DNA from: a bacterium
GTDB taxonomy: Bacteria > SZUA-182 > DTGQ01
Assembly (NCBI GenBank): GCA_040752695.1
Contig: JBFMGO010000070.1
Span: 1-32,216, forward strand
Direction of reading: 5' to 3'
DNA: 32,216 nucleotides
How positions within the stretch are numbered: the first letter of the stretch is position 1; each line of letters opens with the position of its first letter. The translations under genes and the position numbers were made by a program. Below are positions 28,118-32,216 of this stretch, piece by piece. The notes beneath the pieces were generated by a model. That model saw nothing but the letters and a program-made list of their open reading frames with translations. It made no database searches and was not told where the DNA came from.

Positions 28118-31100
28118 ATGAAATCTATCCGTATATTCATTTCTTCTCCTGGAGATGTTGGCAAGGAGCGACGGATCGCATATCACGTCATAAAGCGCCT
28201 TCAGAATGAATTTTCCGGCCGGGTAGTGCTGGATCCTTACTTCTGGGAATACGAACCAATGGAGGCCACCAAGGACTTCCAGGACAATATCCCTTCTCCG
28301 TCCGATTTCGATATTTTAGTATGTATTCTTTGGTCAAGGCTTGGTACGCGGCTGCATTCAAAACACCGGAAAAAAGATGGCAGCCTCTATGAGTCCGGCA
28401 CTGAATACGAATTGGATGCAGCCATCGAGTCCTACCGGCTGCATGGACTGCCCGTGCCGCTGGTCTATCTCAATAAAACAGAGCCCAAGTTTCCGGCAAG
28501 GCCCAAAGATGTCCTGGATAAGATGGTTGATCAATACTACAAGCTGGAAGCCTTCCTGAACCGATGGTTCCGCGACACTGAAGAAGGGGTCTGGAAAACG
28601 GCCTTCAACGAATATACGTCTTTGGCAGAGTTTGAGGAGCGGCTGGAAAAACATCTTAAGGCACTTATCAGCCACAGACTGCCGGAACCCGGTTTGGAGC
28701 AGATAAAAAGAAAGGTTACCTGGAAGGAGTCCCCTTTTAGGGGACTGCGCATATTCGATTATCAGCATGCCCCGATCTTCTTCGGACGAACTCATGCTAT
28801 CGATGGGGTATTGACCGCCCTGAGAAAACAGGCCATCGAGGGCCGGGCATTCGTACTGGTTTTGGGAATGAGCGGAGGAGGAAAGTCCTCGCTGGTGCGT
28901 GCAGGCGTGCTGCCGCTGATGGTGCAACCAGGGGTCATCGAGGGTGTCGGGCTCTGGCGCAGGGCCATCATGCGCCCAAGTGATGCCTCAGGGCATCTTT
29001 TCGATGCTCTGGCTGCTTCGCTGATCAGGACCGAAGGATTACCGGAACTTGCCTCTTCCGGAATAACGGTTCAGGATCTGGCTGTCCTGCTGCACGATAA
29101 CCCTGAAGGTGCCATCCTGATGATTCGGCAGGCTTTGGCTCAAGGATCGGAGAGGGTCAGGATTGATGAGGAGCAAAAGCTTAAGGAACTCATCAGGGAA
29201 ATGGAAAAGGAGAGCCGTGCCGCTGATGCAGAAGCTCTCAGCCGTCGGTTGAGTGAACTGATGCCCCCACAGGCCAGACTGGTTCTGGTCATAGATCAGA
29301 TGGAGGAACTCTTTACTCTTGGCTTATCACCAGAACAAATAGGGTACTTCATTCATACCATAGATCAATGTGCCCGAAGTGGAAGAATCTTCGTTATCGC
29401 CACTATGCGCAGCGATTTTTACTCTCAGTGCCTTAAGCTGCCTGAGCTTATAGCCCTAAAAAAAGGCGACGGGCAATACGATCTCGAGAAACCCACATCC
29501 CAGGAAATTGGCCAGATGATCCGCCAGCCTGCTGCTGCGGCAGGATTACAATTTGAAGTGGCCCCTGAGAGCAAACAGAGTCTGGATGAGGTCCTGCGGG
29601 ACACTGCACTGAAAGACCCTGCGATTTTACCGCTCCTTGAATTCACCCTCGAACAGCTCTATGAGCATCGCACACCACAGGGTATTCTCACCTTCAAGGT
29701 CTATCAGAAACTTGGGGGCCTGGAAGGGGCGATAGCGTGCCGGGCAGAGGAGGAATTCTCCAAACTGGACCCTGGAGGCCAAGAGTCCTTCAATAAAGTC
29801 ATGCGTGGTCTGGTCACCATTGGAACAGTGAAGAAGGATACCTTCAACCGAAGGTGGGCGCTTTACGATGAATTGACTTCAACCTCTGGAGCTAAGGCCC
29901 TGGTGGATGTCTTCATAATGGCGCGGCTCTTCATGGCTGACAGGGATGAAAAGGGGCAGCCGGTGGTGAGTGTCTCCCATGAGGCATTGATCCGCAGTTG
30001 GCCTCGATTGAAGCAGTGGGTGGAAGAAAATCAGGAGTTTCTTCGAACACGGGCACGGGTTTCGGAGGCTGCCATAAGATGGAAGCAGGAGAATGAATCA
30101 CCTGACTTCCTGCTGCCCTCTGGTAAACCCCTGGCTGAAGCTGAAAATATCCTCCAAAAATGTCGCCTGGACCTGGAACCCGAATTGATCCGCTTTATTG
30201 AGATTTCCTCGAAACGGGAGAGGGACCGGCATATGAGGCAGATACGCCGGATTCGGAATGTGGCTATAGGAATGAGTGTTTTGTTCTTTTTAGCTGTCGC
30301 GGCGACCATAGTGGCCCTGGCTCAACGCAAAAAAGCAATATTAACCCTGGCCCGCTCGGATTTCCAGCAGGGCACCCGGTTACTCGATGAAGGCAAGGCT
30401 GATAGGGCCTTAGCCTATTTTGCACATGCGGTGCGGTTGACGAAGCATGAGGCTGCGGCAGTACGCATTATGACACTGCTAACCCAGCGCAACTGCCCCT
30501 TGCCAAAGAGCGAGTTCCGGCATGAATCCATAGTGACTTCGGCTCACTTCAGCCCTGATGGCCGCTGGGTGGTGACTGCATCCTGGGATAACACTGCACG
30601 TGTCTGGGATGCATCAACAGGGAAACCAGTAAGCGAGCCAATGCCCCATGAAGGAGGGATATATTCGGCCCGCTTCAGTTCCGATGGCCGCTGGGTGGTG
30701 ACTGCATCTTCAGATAAGACTGCCCGTGTCTGGGATGCGGCATCTGGGAAAGCGGTGAGTGAGCCCATGCGCCATGAAGACTCCGTGAAATCAGCCTGCT
30801 TCAGCCCTGATGGCCACTGGGTGGTGACTGCATCTGATAATACTGCACGCGTCTGGGATGCGGCCTCCGGGAACCCGGCGAGCGAGCCTATGCGTCATGA
30901 AGACAACGTCTATACTGCCGAATTCAGCCCTGATGGCCACTGGGTGGTGACTGCATCTTCAGATAAAACTACCCGTGTGTGGGATGCAGCTACAGGAAAG
31001 CCGGTAAGCGAGCCTATGCACCATGAAAACCTGGTTTATTCAGCCGAATTTAGTCCTGATGGTCGCTGGGTAGTGACCGCCTCTTGGGATTACACTGCAC

Positions 31101-32146
31101 GCATCTGGGACGCGGCCTCTGGAAAGCCGGTGAGTGAGCCTATGCGTCACGAACGCGAGGTTGTTTTAGCCCACTTCAGCCCTGATGGCCGATGGGTGGT
31201 GACTGCATCTACGGCAAAAGCTGCACGTGTCTGGGATGCGGCATCAGGAAAACCAGTGAGCGAGCCTCTGCACCATGAGGGAGGGATTTATTCAGCCAGC
31301 TTCAGCCCCGACGGCCGCTGGGTAGTGACTGCATCCTGGGATTACACTGCACGCATCTGGGACGCGGCCTCTGGAAAACTGGCGAGCGAGCCTATGCGTC
31401 ATGAAAACGGCTTGATGTCAGCCGAATTCAGCCCCGACGGCCGCTGGGTAGTGACTGCACCCTGGGATTACACTGCACACGTCTGGGATGCGGCCGCCGG
31501 GAACCCGGGGAGTGAGCCTATGCGCCATGAAGAAGGCTTGATTTCAGCCGAATTCAGCCCTGATGGCAGGTGGGTGCTGACTGCATCTAAGGATAAAACT
31601 GCCCGTGTCTGGGATGCGGCCTCTGGGAACCCGATGAGTGAGCCCATGCGCCATGAAGAAGGCTTAATGTCAGCCGAATTCAGCCCTGATGGCAGGTGGG
31701 TGTTGACTGCATCTAAGGATAAAACTGCCCGTGTCTGGGATGCGGCCTCAGGAAAACCAATAAGTGAGCCCATGCGCCATACACGTGCAGTGAAATCAGC
31801 CTGCTTCAGTCCTGATAGCCGATGGGTGGTGACTGCATCTTTTGATCAAACTGCCCGTGTCTGGGATGCGGCCTCAGGAAAGCCGGTAAGTGAGCCTATG
31901 CGCCATGAAGATGTGGTTTTTTCAGCCCGCTTCAGCCCTGATGGCAGGTGGGTAGCGACTGCGTCCTGGGATCAAACAGCACGTGTCTGGGATGCGGCCT
32001 CAGGAAAACCAATAAGTGAGCCCCTCTGGCATGAAGACCGGTTGTATTCAGTCGAATTCAGCCCTGATGGCAGGCGGGTGCTGACCAATGAACGTGTCCT
32101 TCCGGCAAGCTTGCACGAAAAACAGATCAAGAGATGGTATCATTAG
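28118..32146 (+). CDS. NLR-like protein: DUF4062-like N-terminus, nSTAND1-type NTPase, TM helix, WD40 array (C-terminus probably truncated)
   Basis: RIFISSPGDV..ER, SGTEYE; SPFRGL...FFGR, Walker A GMSGGGKSS, Walker B LVIDQMEELF, HEALIRSWPRL; hydrophobic helix; FSPDGRWVVTAS-D-TARVWD repeats. Confidence 0.9.
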   Translation: MKSIRIFISSPGDVGKERRIAYHVIKRLQNEFSGRVVLDPYFWEYEPMEATKDFQDNIPSPSDFDILVCILWSRLGTRLHSKHRKKDGSLYESGTEYELDAAIESYRLHGLPVPLVYLNKTEPKFPARPKDVLDKMVDQYYKLEAFLNRWFRDTEEGVWKTAFNEYTSLAEFEERLEKHLKALISHRLPEPGLEQIKRKVTWKESPFRGLRIFDYQHAPIFFGRTHAIDGVLTALRKQAIEGRAFVLVLGMSGGGKSSLVRAGVLPLMVQPGVIEGVGLWRRAIMRPSDASGHLFDALAASLIRTEGLPELASSGITVQDLAVLLHDNPEGAILMIRQALAQGSERVRIDEEQKLKELIREMEKESRAADAEALSRRLSELMPPQARLVLVIDQMEELFTLGLSPEQIGYFIHTIDQCARSGRIFVIATMRSDFYSQCLKLPELIALKKGDGQYDLEKPTSQEIGQMIRQPAAAAGLQFEVAPESKQSLDEVLRDTALKDPAILPLLEFTLEQLYEHRTPQGILTFKVYQKLGGLEGAIACRAEEEFSKLDPGGQESFNKVMRGLVTIGTVKKDTFNRRWALYDELTSTSGAKALVDVFIMARLFMADRDEKGQPVVSVSHEALIRSWPRLKQWVEENQEFLRTRARVSEAAIRWKQENESPDFLLPSGKPLAEAENILQKCRLDLEPELIRFIEISSKRERDRHMRQIRRIRNVAIGMSVLFFLAVAATIVALAQRKKAILTLARSDFQQGTRLLDEGKADRALAYFAHAVRLTKHEAAAVRIMTLLTQRNCPLPKSEFRHESIVTSAHFSPDGRWVVTASWDNTARVWDASTGKPVSEPMPHEGGIYSARFSSDGRWVVTASSDKTARVWDAASGKAVSEPMRHEDSVKSACFSPDGHWVVTASDNTARVWDAASGNPASEPMRHEDNVYTAEFSPDGHWVVTASSDKTTRVWDAATGKPVSEPMHHENLVYSAEFSPDGRWVVTASWDYTARIWDAASGKPVSEPMRHEREVVLAHFSPDGRWVVTASTAKAARVWDAASGKPVSEPLHHEGGIYSASFSPDGRWVVTASWDYTARIWDAASGKLASEPMRHENGLMSAEFSPDGRWVVTAPWDYTAHVWDAAAGNPGSEPMRHEEGLISAEFSPDGRWVLTASKDKTARVWDAASGNPMSEPMRHEEGLMSAEFSPDGRWVLTASKDKTARVWDAASGKPISEPMRHTRAVKSACFSPDSRWVVTASFDQTARVWDAASGKPVSEPMRHEDVVFSARFSPDGRWVATASWDQTARVWDAASGKPISEPLWHEDRLYSVEFSPDGRRVLTNERVLPASLHEKQIKRWYH
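30521..32086 (+). repeat. 126-bp WD40 tandem array: 12 complete units plus a partial 13th
   Basis: His codons at 30521, 30647, 30773, 30896 (unit 3 is 123 bp), 31022, 31148, 31274, 31400, 31526, 31652, 31778, 31904, 32030. Confidence 0.97.
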
Positions 32147-32216
32147 AAGGCGAAGGGATTATGCCTGCCTTGGCAGTCATGGGGAAGAAACACTTTATTG
32201 GATCACAGGAGTGGTA

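Noticed and set aside
30521..32086. WD40 array as a CRISPR array or DGR target
   Set aside because: In-frame coding repeats; variation involves all bases and no reverse transcriptase is visible.

Overview
Bacterial chromosomal window with no rRNA, tRNA, CRISPR array or intact transposase. From left to right it holds: (i) a minus-strand Wzx/Wzy-type surface-polysaccharide operon (flippase, four glycosyltransferases, a membrane-anchored sulfatase-fold protein, a partial Wzy-like gene); (ii) a divergent Dps-like ferritin, a TPR/periplasmic-binding-fold lipoprotein, a secreted serine hydrolase and pgi; (iii) a more AT-rich islet with a PEP-CTERM-like exported protein, a Tat-exported NrtA/CmpA-type binding protein and a hybrid histidine kinase; (iv) a cyclophilin-like gene plus ferredoxin; (v) an EndoQ-like PHP nuclease-UvrD helicase fusion with two clamp-binding-like motifs; (vi) a DUF4062-like/STAND NTPase/TM/WD40 NLR-like gene. 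The best candidates for something undescribed are a 75/76-nt non-coding element present twice (20582-20656, 22433-22508) that can fold and lies upstream of the islet genes, and the NLR-like gene, whose near-identical 126-bp WD40 units vary at fixed codons and break off in unit 13. Short local tandem duplications are scattered through the window. All family assignments are from motif recognition by eye, with no database searches.
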